Translations under genes and position numbers: made by a program
Notes under the pieces: generated by a model
What the model was told of the DNA's origin: nothing
Seen by the model: only the letters and a program-made list of their open reading frames with translations
Databases searched by the model: none
In this document: positions 7,801 through 14,723 of the stretch, in pieces
Layout of the letters: every line of letters begins with the position of its first letter
How positions within the stretch are numbered: position 1 is the stretch's first letter
Source of the DNA: Armatimonadota bacterium
GTDB lineage: Bacteria; Armatimonadota; SYMT01
Assembly: GCA_046292385.1 (NCBI GenBank)
Contig: JBKBRF010000076.1
Span: 1-18,895 of the forward strand
Direction: 5' to 3'
DNA: 18,895 bases

Positions 7801-10657
7801 GGTCGCCCGCGGTCACCGCCGTCGCCACCTCGGCGATCGCGCGGACCTGGGTAGTCAGGTTGGCCGCCAGCCGGTTCACGTTCTCGGTCAGGTCCCGCCA
7901 CGTTCCGGAGGCGCCGGGCACCGAGGCCTGGCCGCCCAGCTTCCCTTCGATCCCCACCTCGCGGGCCACCGTGGTGACCTGGTCGGCGAAGGCCTGCAGG
8001 GTGTCGATCATGTCGTTGATCGTCTCGGCCAGCTCCGCGATCTCACCCTTCGCCTCGAAGACCAGCTTCTGCTTCAGGTTTCCGTTTGCGACCGCGGTCA
8101 CCACCCGGGCGATGCCGCGCACCTGGTTGGTCAGGTTCTCCGCCATCTGGTTCACGGAGTCGGTCAGGTCCTTCCAGGTCCCGGAGACCCCCTTCACCTC
8201 GGCCTGCCCACCGAGCTGCCCTTCCGTGCCTACTTCTCGCGCCACGCGGGTCACTTCGGAAGCGAAGGCGTTGAGCTGATCGACCATCCGGTTGATCGTC
8301 TCTTTCAGCTCCAGGATCTCGCCCCGCACTTCCACCGTGATCTTCTTCGAGAGATCTCCGTTCGCCACCGCGGTGGTCACCGCCGCGATGTTTCGCACCT
8401 GGGCGGTCAGGTTACTCGCCATCGAGTTCACCGAGTCGGTGAGGTCTTTCCAGGTGCCCGAAACCCCGCGGACGTCCGCCTGGCCGCCGAGCTGGCCCTC
8501 CGTTCCCACTTCCCGCGCCACGCGGGTGACTTCCGAGGCGAAGGCGTTGAGCTGATCGACCATCCGGTTGATCGTCTCTTTCAGTTCCAGGATCTCGCCC
8601 CGCACCTCCACCGTGATCTTCTTCGAGAGATCTCCGTTCGCCACCGCGGTGGTCACCGCCGCGATGTTTCGCACCTGGGCCGTCAGGTTCCCCGCCATCG
8701 AGTTCACGGAGTCGGTGAGGTCTTTCCAGGTGCCGGAAACCCCCTTCACCTGCGCCTGGCCGCCGAGCTGTCCTTCGGAGCCGACTTCTCGCGCCACGCG
8801 GGTCACTTCCGAGGCGAAGGCATTGAGCTGGTCAACCATCGTATTGATGGTGTTCTTCAACTCCAGGATCTCGCCGCGGACGTCGACCGTGATCTTCTTG
8901 GAGAGGTCGCCGTTCGCGATGGCGGTGGAGACGTCGGCGATGTTTCGCACCTGGGCCGTCAGGTTACTCGCCATCGAGTTCACCGAGTCGGTGAGATCTT
9001 TCCAGGTGCCCGAAACCCCGCGGACGTCCGCCTGGCCGCCGAGCTTCCCTTCGGTTCCTACCTCTCGGGCCACGCGGGTGACTTCGGAGGCGAAGCCGTT
9101 GAGCTGGTCGACCATTGTGTTGATGGTCTGCTTCAACTCCAGGATCTCGCCGCGGACGTCGACCGTGATCTTCTTGGAGAGGTCGCCGTTCGCGATGGCG
9201 GTGGAGACATCGGCGATGTTTCGCACCTGGGCCGTCAGGTTACTCGCCATCGAGTTCACGGAGTCGGTCAGGTCCTTCCAGGTCCCGGCTACCCCTTCCA
9301 CCTCCGCCTGGCCGCCCAGCTTTCCTTCCGTTCCCACTTCCCTCGCCACGCGGGTGACTTCGGAGGCGAAGCCGTTGAGCTGATCGACCATCGTGTTGAT
9401 GGTGTTCTTCAGCTCGAGAATCTCGCCGCGGACATCGACGGTGATCTTCTTGGAGAGGTCGCCCTTCGCGATGGCGGTCGAGACCTCCGCAATGTTTCGC
9501 ACCTGGGCGGTGAGGTTGCTCGCCATCGAGTTCACGGAGTCGGTCAGGTCTTTCCAGGTGCCGGAGACCCCCTTCACGTCCGCCTGGCCGCCGAGCTTTC
9601 CTTCCGTTCCCACTTCCCTCGCCACGCGGGTGACTTCGGAGGCGAAGGCGTTGAGCTGATCGACCATCCGGTTGATCGTCTGCTTCAGCTCCAGGATCTC
9701 TCCCTGCACTTCGACGGTGATCTTCTTGGAGAGGTCGCCGTTCGCCACCGCGGTGGTCACGTCGGCGATGTTCCGCACCTGGCTGGTCAGGTTGCTCGCC
9801 ATGAAGTTCACGTTGTCGGTCAGGTCTTTCCAGACGCCGGAGACGTCCCGCACCACCGCCTGGCCGCCTAGCTTTCCTTCCGTGCCTACTTCGCGGGCGA
9901 CGCGGGTCACTTCCGAGGCAAACGCGTTGAGCTGATCGACCATCCGGTTGATCGTCACCTTCAGCTCCAGGATCTCGCCGCGCACTTCCACCGTGATCTT
10001 GCGGGAGAGGTCGCCGTTCGCCACCGCGGTGGTCACTTCGGCGATGTTCCGGACCTGGCTGGTCAGGTTGCTCGCCATGAAGTTCACGGAGTCGGTCAGG
10101 TCCTTCCAGGTGCCGGCCACGCCCTGCACCTCGGCCTGGCCGCCCAGCTTTCCTTCGGTGCCGACTTCGCGGGCCACCCGGGTCACTTCCGCGGAGAAGG
10201 AGCCGAGCTGGTCGACCATCGTGTTCACCGTCTTGGCGGTGCGGAGGAACTCCCCGGTGAGCGGACGACCGTCGATGTCGAGCGCCATCTTCTGCGTCAG
10301 GTCGCCCTTCGCCACCGCATCGATCACGCGGGCCACCTCGGTGGTCGGCTGAACCAGGTCGACGATGAGCGTGTTGACCGCATTGGCGCACCGCTCCCAG
10401 CCGCCGAAGGCGCTGCCGCCCATCGTGACGCGCTCGGAGGTGCGGCCTTCCTTGCCGACCACGCTGCTCATCCGCTCCAGCTCGTTGCAGAGCGTCTCGT
10501 TCGCTTCGATGATGTCGTTCAGCGTGTCGCAGACCTTGCCCGCCAGGCCAGTGCGGTCGACCGGCAGTCGCGCGCCGAAATCGCCCTTTTTGATGGCGGT
10601 GAGTACGGTAAGCAGTTCCTTCAGGTCAAGGCTATCTTGCGCCTGCTGGGTGGGCAT
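4826..10657 (-). CDS. Poly-HAMP hybrid histidine kinase (HAMP repeats-GAF-coiled coil-HisKA-HATPase-3xREC), OsaA / fungal group III (Nik1/Os-1)-like, 1943 aa
   Basis: Nine 92-aa units containing AREVGxEGxLGGQA...W(K/R)DLT plus a degenerate N-terminal unit, then a GAF domain. H-box [38 protein letters not shown], three receiver domains. AGGAG RBS upstream; no TM segments seen. Confidence 0.96.
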   Translation of the reverse strand: MPTQQAQDSLDLKELLTVLTAIKKGDFGARLPVDRTGLAGKVCDTLNDIIEANETLCNELERMSSVVGKEGRTSERVTMGGSAFGGWERCANAVNTLIVDLVQPTTEVARVIDAVAKGDLTQKMALDIDGRPLTGEFLRTAKTVNTMVDQLGSFSAEVTRVAREVGTEGKLGGQAEVQGVAGTWKDLTDSVNFMASNLTSQVRNIAEVTTAVANGDLSRKITVEVRGEILELKVTINRMVDQLNAFASEVTRVAREVGTEGKLGGQAVVRDVSGVWKDLTDNVNFMASNLTSQVRNIADVTTAVANGDLSKKITVEVQGEILELKQTINRMVDQLNAFASEVTRVAREVGTEGKLGGQADVKGVSGTWKDLTDSVNSMASNLTAQVRNIAEVSTAIAKGDLSKKITVDVRGEILELKNTINTMVDQLNGFASEVTRVAREVGTEGKLGGQAEVEGVAGTWKDLTDSVNSMASNLTAQVRNIADVSTAIANGDLSKKITVDVRGEILELKQTINTMVDQLNGFASEVTRVAREVGTEGKLGGQADVRGVSGTWKDLTDSVNSMASNLTAQVRNIADVSTAIANGDLSKKITVDVRGEILELKNTINTMVDQLNAFASEVTRVAREVGSEGQLGGQAQVKGVSGTWKDLTDSVNSMAGNLTAQVRNIAAVTTAVANGDLSKKITVEVRGEILELKETINRMVDQLNAFASEVTRVAREVGTEGQLGGQADVRGVSGTWKDLTDSVNSMASNLTAQVRNIAAVTTAVANGDLSKKITVEVRGEILELKETINRMVDQLNAFASEVTRVAREVGTEGQLGGQAEVKGVSGTWKDLTDSVNQMAENLTNQVRGIARVVTAVANGNLKQKLVFEAKGEIAELAETINDMIDTLQAFADQVTTVAREVGIEGKLGGQASVPGASGTWRDLTENVNRLAANLTTQVRAIAEVATAVTAGDLSRSITLEAAGEMAALKDNINEMIRNLRDTTRINTEQDWLKTNVARFTRMLQGQRDLLTVSRLILSELAPLVSAQHGVFFLRDQAADQPVMRLLASYGYRERKRLSNTFEPGEGLVGQAVLEQQAILVTDVPEDYVKISSGLGEATPRSIVVLPVISEGEVLAVIELASFQQFSPIHLSFLEQLTESTGIVLNTIQANMRTEELLKQSQSLATELQKQQDELQETNRQLEQQARTLQASEELLKQQQEELQQTNEELEEKAQLLAEQNREVERKNRQIELARQELEEKAEQLALTSKYKSEFLANMSHELRTPLNSMLILSRLLAENKDGNLTGKQQEYASTIHSSGNDLLALINEILDLAKIESGTMQLHVSHVRLGELRDYVERNFREVAQDKGLDFDIELKEGVPDSIRTDAQRLQQVLRNLLSNAFKFTEKGAVKLSVETAESGWSRDHSILNQAERVIAFSVIDTGIGIPPHRQRMIFEAFQQADGTTSRKYGGTGLGLSISREIAKLLGGEIRLQSVPGQGSTFTFYLPENFTVPMEPQETPERGPGTESGFEGDGGSSFNLGGAPVRTPMRPEESELLPTASEFTDDRGEIRTGDQVLLIVEDDPAFAKILLDLARERGFKGVVSPSGEAVMTLARRFRPDAITLDIGLPDMDGWAVLDRLKHDPETRHIPVHIISGQDELRRGLKQGAIACLSKPVTPEALEAALANIRGFVDRKQKRLLVVEDDEAQRKSIVELIGNGDVSTVAVASGEEALEALKSERFDCMVLDLGLPDMTGGQLVEKIRKESDHQELPIIIYTGKELTRKQETELRRLADTIIVKDVRSPERLLDETTLFLHRVQANLPAPQRQILEQVRLTDPVLTDKKVLIVDDDIRNIFALTSLLERHQMQTLFAETGKDGIRMLQENPDIDLVLMDVMMPEMDGFETMRAIREDSKFRNLPIIALTAKAMRGDREKCIEAGASDYIAKPVDTEQLLSLMRVWLYR
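7850..10300 (-). repeat. Intragenic tandem repeat, 276-bp period (92-aa HAMP-linker units), about 9 copies
   Basis: Near-identical blocks recur every 276 bp (e.g. equivalent positions 8292/8568 and 9672/9948). Boundaries are approximate. Confidence 0.9.
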
Positions 10658-10904
10658 CCGGATTCTCCTAACTACCTCAACCGAATCAATGCCGTGTGGC
10701 TGAAGACCGACACAGCCACGCCCGGCACGGGCCGCGCGCCTCCAGGGCGCGTGCCACCGCGGGCAGTTACTGCGGGAACGGGCGAGAAACAGAAATCCGC
10801 GGGGGTCGCGGTGGGGACCGGAGGTGCTTCCGGCCGGCAGACTGGGGCATCCGCCGCCTGCTGATCTTCGAGCGGGAGCCCGGAGTCAGTCCGATCTGTT
10901 GACT

Positions 10905-10930
10905 CTACCCAGGAAGGAAGAGCGCGAAAC
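10905..10930 (-). promoter_or_regulatory. Putative SigB/SigF-type promoter of the kinase cluster (GTTTCG-N14-GGGTAG)
   Basis: Good match to the GTTT...GGGTA general-stress sigma consensus, in the nadA-kinase intergenic region and in the correct orientation. Confidence 0.5.
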
Positions 10931-10982
10931 GGACTTTTTTTCCGGGCCGGTCGCTCGAGCTGCAAGCGGCGGCCAGTCCGAA

Positions 10983-12116
10983 TTATGCGAGAGCAAGCAT
11001 CCTGTCCAGCGCCAGCTTGGCCCCGTGCTTGACCTCTTCCGGTACGACGATCTCGTTCTTCACGCGGCCGTCGAGCAGGTTGTCCAGCACCCAGCGCAGG
11101 TAGGCCGGGTGGATGCGGTACATCGTGCTGCAGGGGCAGACCACCGGGTCGAGGCAGAAGATCGTCTTGTCCGGGTGCTGGTGCGCCAGGCGGTTCACCA
11201 GGTTGATTTCCGTGCCGATGCCGATCACGCTCCCGGCCGGCGCCTCGTTGACCACCTTGACGATCTTCTCCGTGGAGCCGAAGTCGTCCGCGGCGTCGAC
11301 GGTAGCGCGCGGGCACTCCGGGTGGACGATAATCTTGATGCCGGGATACTGCTGCCGGGCCTGCTCGATCTGCTCCACCGTGAAGCGGGCGTGGACGGAG
11401 CAGTGTCCCTTCCACAGGATCACCTTCGCGTTCCGAAGCTGCGGGGTGGTGGTGCCGCCGGCGAGCTGCCACGGGTCCCAGACCACCATCTCTTCCGCCG
11501 GGATGCCCATGCGGAGCGCCGTGTTCCGCCCAAGGTGCTGGTCCGGGAAGAAGAGCACCTTCTGCCCCTGCTGGAACGCCCACTCCAGCACCGTGCGGGC
11601 ATTGGACGAGGTGCAGACCGAGCCGTCCCGCTCGCCGACGAACGCCTTGAGGTTGGCGGCGGAGTTCATGTAGGTGATCGGGATGATCTTCTCGCTGACC
11701 ACCTGCGTCAGGTAGCTCCAGCAGTCTTCCACCTGGTGGATGTCCGCCATGTCCGCCATGGAGCAGCCGGCGGTCATGTTCGGCAGGATGACGTGCTGGT
11801 GGTCGGCCGCCAGGATGTCGGCGCTCTCCGCCATGAAGTGGACGCCGCAGAAGACGATGTAGTCCGCGTCCCGGCGCTGCGACCCGTACTGCGCGAGCTT
11901 GAACGAGTCGCCGATGTAGTCCGCCCAGCGGATGATCTCGTCCCGCTGATAGTGATGTCCCAGGATGACCAGCCGTGAGCCGAGCGCCGCCTTCGCGTCC
12001 GCGATCTTCCGGCTCGTCTCTTCGTCCGACGCCTCGAAGTAGAAATCGGGCAGCGGCTCCTGCACCGGCGACTGCGTCGCCTGCCGCGTCAGCCCGCCCA
12101 GCGTCATCAACGACAT
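10983..12116 (-). CDS. nadA: Quinolinate synthase A (4Fe-4S), 377 aa
   Basis: Motifs GHHYQ, GDSFKL, FCGVHFMAES, AGCSMAD, YMNS, PDQHLG, GHCSVH, VHPEC and CSTM. Start moved to ATG 12116 because AGGAGG lies 5 nt upstream. Confidence 0.97.
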   Translation of the reverse strand: MSLMTLGGLTRQATQSPVQEPLPDFYFEASDEETSRKIADAKAALGSRLVILGHHYQRDEIIRWADYIGDSFKLAQYGSQRRDADYIVFCGVHFMAESADILAADHQHVILPNMTAGCSMADMADIHQVEDCWSYLTQVVSEKIIPITYMNSAANLKAFVGERDGSVCTSSNARTVLEWAFQQGQKVLFFPDQHLGRNTALRMGIPAEEMVVWDPWQLAGGTTTPQLRNAKVILWKGHCSVHARFTVEQIEQARQQYPGIKIIVHPECPRATVDAADDFGSTEKIVKVVNEAPAGSVIGIGTEINLVNRLAHQHPDKTIFCLDPVVCPCSTMYRIHPAYLRWVLDNLLDGRVKNEIVVPEEVKHGAKLALDRMLALA

Positions 12117-12228
12117 CTCTGCCTCCTGAGTCCTTTTCCCCAACCCCCGTTCCGGGCCGGCCCGGACCGTTCCACGTCCCGGGTTATCCCCGGCGGGTCG
12201 GAATTCGACCCCTGCCGCCGGCCCGGCG

Positions 12229-12246
12229 TTGTGAAAAAGTGCACGA
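12229..12246. promoter_or_regulatory. Candidate Rex (NADH/NAD+ sensor) operator upstream of nadA
   Basis: TTGTGAA-AAAG-TGCACGA matches the Rex consensus TTGTGAA-N4-TTCACAA at 12/14 and sits just downstream of the predicted -10. Confidence 0.6.
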
Positions 12247-12260
12247 AACGGGTTGGCCTA

Positions 12261-12290
12261 ATTCTATGCCGATTCGCCGGGAAAAGTTAA
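12261..12290 (-). promoter_or_regulatory. Putative sigma70-type promoter of nadA (TTAACT-N18-TAGAAT)
   Basis: AT-rich hexamers in a GC-rich context, directly after the metF terminator hairpin. Confidence 0.55.
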
Positions 12291-12316
12291 GAGCCGATCC
12301 GGCTGCGGATCGGCTC
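12282..12316 (-). terminator. Intrinsic terminator of metF
   Basis: Perfect 11-bp stem GAGCCGATCCG/CGGATCGGCTC (12291-12316) with a 4-nt loop, followed on the minus strand by TTAACTTTT. Lies about 35 bp after the metF stop. Confidence 0.75.
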
Positions 12317-12350
12317 GAAGTTTCCTGGTCGCGTGCTCGCCGGTTCGGCG

Positions 12351-13217
12351 CTAAGCCGCTCGCAGGTTGAGGTAGACCATCCGGCTCGAGAGGGAGCGGT
12401 TGAGGGTGTAGAAATGGATCCCCGGCGCGCCGCCCTCCAGGAGCGCGCGGCACTGGTCGGTCGCCCACTCGATCCCGGCGGAGATCACCGCCTGCTCGTC
12501 GTCCCGCACGCGATCCAGCTTCTGCCGGAGCGCCTCCGGAATGCTCGCGCCGCACATGGAGGTGAAGCGCTCGAGCTGCGAGACGTTCGTCACCGGCATG
12601 ATCCCGGGCACGATCGGCACCCGGATCCCCGCCGCGCGCGCCCGCTCCACGTAGCGGAAGTAGCAGTCCGGGTCGAAGAAGAGCTGGGTGATCAGGAACT
12701 CGACCCCGGCATCGACCTTCTGCCGGGCGTGGCGGAGATCGCTCTCGGCGTCCGGCGACTCCACGTGGCACTCGGGATAGCAGGCCCCGGCGATGCAGAA
12801 CCCGTCCCGGGAGCGGATGAACGCCGCCAGCTCGCTGGCATAGCCGAATCCGCCGTCGGTCCGGACGAAAGCGCTCTCCCCTCGCGGCGGGTCGCCGCGC
12901 AGCGCCAGGACATTCTCGATCCCGCCGTCGCGCAGCCGGTCCAGCACGCCCCCCAGCTCGTCCGCGGTGTGCCCCACGCAGGTGAGGTGCGCCATCGCCT
13001 CCAGGTCGAGCTCCCGCTTGATGCGAGAGACGAGATCGATCGTCAGGTCGCGCGTGCTGCCTCCCGCGCCGTAGGTCACGGAGACGAACGACGGCTTCAG
13101 CTCCGCGAGCTCCGCCGCCGTGCGGAACAGGCTGCGGACTCCCTCCTCCGTCTTCGGGGGAAAGAACTCGAACGAGAAGACCGGCTCGCCGCGGCCGAAA
13201 CAATCGATGATGCGCAT
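12351..13217 (-). CDS. metF: 5,10-methylenetetrahydrofolate reductase, 288 aa
   Basis: Motifs FSFEFFPPK, SVTYGAGGST, AHLTC, LALRGDPP, YPECH, ITQLFFD, PGIMP and GIHFYTLN. Confidence 0.98.
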   Translation of the reverse strand: MRIIDCFGRGEPVFSFEFFPPKTEEGVRSLFRTAAELAELKPSFVSVTYGAGGSTRDLTIDLVSRIKRELDLEAMAHLTCVGHTADELGGVLDRLRDGGIENVLALRGDPPRGESAFVRTDGGFGYASELAAFIRSRDGFCIAGACYPECHVESPDAESDLRHARQKVDAGVEFLITQLFFDPDCYFRYVERARAAGIRVPIVPGIMPVTNVSQLERFTSMCGASIPEALRQKLDRVRDDEQAVISAGIEWATDQCRALLEGGAPGIHFYTLNRSLSSRMVYLNLRAA

Positions 13218-13352
13218 CGTGGACCTCTTTGTACCGCGTATTCCGTATTGCGTAGCGATAGGCTGCGACCGCTTCGCCAGACGTCGTGCCAGGCGGAAGG
13301 CTTATGCACTCACCGCTGCGGACTACTCGATACGCACTACTCCTACCGCTTC

Positions 13353-13401
13353 CATCCGTCTATCCGGATGAAGTGTTCCATATCCCGGCCGCGAGTGTCA
13401 A
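13353..13401 (-). promoter_or_regulatory. metF promoter (TTGACA-N18-AACACT, extended -10 TG) with the operator-like palindrome CATCCG-N6-CGGATG over the predicted start site
   Basis: Perfect -35 at 13396-13401, -10 at 13372-13377, palindrome at 13353-13370. Confidence 0.55.
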
Positions 13402-13465
13402 GCGCTTGCCTCCCACCGGGCGCGATGCAGGATCCGGAGCGTTCGCATCCGCGGGCCGAAGGCGT

Positions 13466-13492
13466 TGGAGTGCGGGAGCTTGCTCCCGCTCC
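13466..13492. repeat. REP-like palindrome TGGAGT-GCGGGAGC-TT-GCTCCCGC
   Basis: Perfect 8-bp arms at 13472-13489, preceded by the TGGAGTGCG core also seen at 196-204. Confidence 0.5.
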
Positions 13493-13695
13493 ACCACTCA
13501 GCGCGACCCCGGCCCGTAGCTCCGTACCCGCGGCTTTCGGTGCCGCTGCCTAGGTACTTTGCCCCGTTCGCCCGTCCCGTGCACTGCCCTGCGCTGAAAT
13601 GCCCCGGTGGGCACTGGAGATCGGCCTGTGGAGTTGCCCTGCGGGTGGCCGACTGGTAATCTGGCGAACCGTCGAGAGGACGCAGGGAGTGGTAG

Positions 13696-14331
13696 ATGTG
13701 GCGTTGGGTGGGATGGAACCTGTTGCTGGCGGTGACGCCGGTGGTGCTGGGCTACGGGCTGGCGTGGCTGCTCGGCGCTCGCTTCAAGTACCCGGCGCTG
13801 AAGTGGCTCCTCTGCCTCCCGCTGGCGCTCGCCTGGCTCGCTTTGCTCCCGAACACCTGCTACCTGCTGACCGAGTGGCGACACCTGCTGTTCGACCGCC
13901 GCTGGGCGCCGCTTCTCGAAGTCGGTAACCGGGACCGCGAGGCGATGCTGGAGACGGCGAAGTGGTCGCTCCTCTTCCTCGCCTACAGCGGCGCCGGGGT
14001 GCTGCTGCTCGTGCTGGCGGTCCGACCGCTGGAGCAGCGCCTGCGCGCCTGGAAGGTGAAGCCGTACGCGGTGGCGCCGTTCCTCTTTTTCCTCGTCTCC
14101 CTCGGCGTCTTCCTGGGACTGGTGGTCCGGCTGAGCTCCTGGGACCTGGCACGGCGGCCCGGGCCGGCGTGGGAGGCGGTCCAGGCGGCGCTCACGCATC
14201 AGCCCGCCCTGCTCTCCATCGTCGTCTTCGCGGCGCTGCTCTGGGGGGTCTACGAAGCGGCGGATATCTGGGTCGACGGGGTAGCGGCCCGGCTCCGCCC
14301 GGCGGCGACCGCCGCGAAAAAGGGCCGGTGA
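13696..14331 (+). CDS. DUF1361-family integral membrane protein, 211 aa
   Basis: WNLLLA..P, W..LLPNTCYLLTEWRH and GVFLG...RLSSWD motifs typical of DUF1361; several hydrophobic helices; GGGAG RBS. Confidence 0.8.
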   Translation: MWRWVGWNLLLAVTPVVLGYGLAWLLGARFKYPALKWLLCLPLALAWLALLPNTCYLLTEWRHLLFDRRWAPLLEVGNRDREAMLETAKWSLLFLAYSGAGVLLLVLAVRPLEQRLRAWKVKPYAVAPFLFFLVSLGVFLGLVVRLSSWDLARRPGPAWEAVQAALTHQPALLSIVVFAALLWGVYEAADIWVDGVAARLRPAATAAKKGR

Positions 14332-14334
14332 ATC

Positions 14335-14373
14335 ACGGAACGGGAGCGGAGGCAAGCTCCGCTCCCGTTCCGT
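14335..14373 (+). terminator. Perfect 17-bp hairpin directly after the DUF1361 gene (terminator or REP-like)
   Basis: ACGGAACGGGAGCGGAG-GCAAG-CTCCGCTCCCGTTCCGT begins 3 nt after the stop. No U-tract. Confidence 0.6.
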
Positions 14374-14549
14374 CTCCGAGCCTGCGCGAGCGGCCTCCGC
14401 CTGCCCTCGCCGAGTAGCTGTGGAGCCAGGAGCCGACCGGCGATCGGCTCTCCCTGTCGTTCCGGCGTCTTGTTCTGGCGGGTTCCGCGCGGGCGGCGAG
14501 TCGGTGCTCCCGCGCCTGGTTCACTCCCGGCTGCAGCGGTCCGGCGGAG

Positions 14550-14710
14550 TATAATCGGTAGGGACTTCAGAGCGGATTTCGCTCCCCCACACCGCTGCAG
14601 TTGCCATGGCCCACTGTTGTGGTCCGTGCCATTGTACCCTGCAGCGAAGAACTCAAACACCGGGTTGGCTCGAGGCCTTTCAGCGGGCCGTGCCACGAGA
14701 GCTTGCGGGG
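14550..14710 (+). ncRNA. Candidate structured RNA / folD 5' leader downstream of a perfect TATAAT
   Basis: TATAAT at 14550-14555, then an imperfect closing stem, an A/C-rich bubble and a CGCTGCAG/CTGCAGCG apical stem. Folded by eye only. Confidence 0.35.
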
Positions 14711-14723
14711 TAAGGGGGCGTAG

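Noticed and set aside
5363..9871. 1502-aa plus-strand ORF, and other long antisense ORFs (363-1364, 1386-3398, 3568-4749, 10824-11978, 12333-13553, 16271-17722)
   Set aside because: They mirror well-supported genes on the opposite strand and have no recognisable motifs. Stop-free antisense frames are expected with strong GC3 bias.
7850..10300. Regular repeats as a possible CRISPR array or mobile repeat
   Set aside because: The period is 276 bp, in frame, with no unique spacers, and it encodes HAMP units.
12117..12143. ORF-track TTG start for nadA at 12143 (likewise 16466 for the PH protein and 16340 for the hydrolase)
   Set aside because: Downstream ATGs with well-spaced Shine-Dalgarno sequences (12116, 16274, 16388) are better and remove the overlap between the divergent genes.
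13218..13370. SAM/SAH riboswitch or MetJ boxes upstream of metF
   Set aside because: No SAM-I (AUC..GCAACC..GUGC..GAU) or SAH core is recognisable. MET-box-like 8-mers are isolated or weak, and MetJ is essentially gammaproteobacterial.
13495..13570. Possible c-di-GMP-I riboswitch on the minus strand (GGCAAA...GAAA...GCUACGGG)
   Set aside because: It lacks the GACGCAAA junction, tetraloop receptor and closing P1 pairing, and lies upstream of the predicted metF promoter.
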